Assembly: GCA_965112155.1 (NCBI GenBank)
Contig: OZ218102.1
Length of the DNA stretch: 64,000 bases
Source of the DNA: Podarcis liolepis
Taxonomy: Eukaryota
Reading direction: 5' to 3' (one strand)
Shown here: one piece after another, positions 63,572 to 64,000 of the stretch
Layout of the letters: each line of letters starts with the position of its first letter
Numbering within the stretch: position 1 is the first letter of the stretch
Notes under the pieces: generated by a model
What the model saw: only the letters and a program-made list of their open reading frames with translations
Database searches by the model: none
Told to the model about the DNA's origin: nothing
Translations under genes and position numbers: made by a program

Positions 63572-64000
63572 CACAAGTGTCTTGTAGGGAGGAGGCATTT
63601 TGTTGTCCAGTGGTATTTCACTTTCCATTCTTAAGTTTGGAAATGAGTAGTTGCTTTGGAAAACAATAATCAGATGTCCAAACAACATGGCCAGTCGAAC
63701 GAAGCTGATGTTAAAGAATCATTGTTTTGACACTGGTGATTTTTGCTTCCTCCAGTACACGGACATTAGTTTGCCTGCCTTCCCAAGTGATATGTACAAT
63801 TTTTCAGAGACACCGTTGACTGAACCTTTCGAGGAGTTGGAGATGGCGTTTATAAGTGGTCCATGTTTCACAAGCGTACAGTAAAGTTGGTAGTACAATA
63901 GCTTTGTAAACAAGCATTTTGGTCTTCCTGTGAATATCCTGGTCCTCAAACACTCTGCACTTCAATTAGGAGAAAGCCACATTCGCAGAGCTCAGACAAT

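Noticed and set aside
63122-63688. 188-aa minus ORF and similar PRSPSSCMWRSGD ORFs at 40959-41354 and 56782-57009
   Set aside because: The shared peptide is the antisense translation of Squam3 SINEs, not a gene family.

Overview
This is AT-rich, repeat-dense vertebrate DNA from a squamate. Sauria SINEs, Squam3 SINEs with (CTT)n tails and young Bov-B LINEs point to a lizard, probably a lacertid (inference). I can support only one protein-coding region: a single-exon 309-aa heparan sulfate 3-O-sulfotransferase 1-like CDS (23230-24159, +). It is preceded by a splice acceptor and an in-frame uORF, looks like a paralog rather than the HS3ST1 ortholog, and carries an unusual substrate-gate residue pair. 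The rest is intronic or intergenic sequence filled with CR1, L2, L1 and Bov-B fragments, SINEs, Tc2/Tigger/hAT/Harbinger-type MITEs and solo LTRs, often nested. The most notable non-coding observations are: a 3'-truncated 7SK snRNA copy inside a DNA-transposon MITE (62917-63146); a TSD-flanked Penelope-like insertion with a minimal hammerhead ribozyme (58871-59038); a MITE hairpin whose arms co-vary between copies; an amplified MITE-L2 chimera; a 162-bp local duplication; and a candidate PU.1/RUNX/TATA promoter with possible downstream exons. Family assignments come from recalled motifs, not database searches. The other ORFs in the track appear to be spurious or TE-derived.
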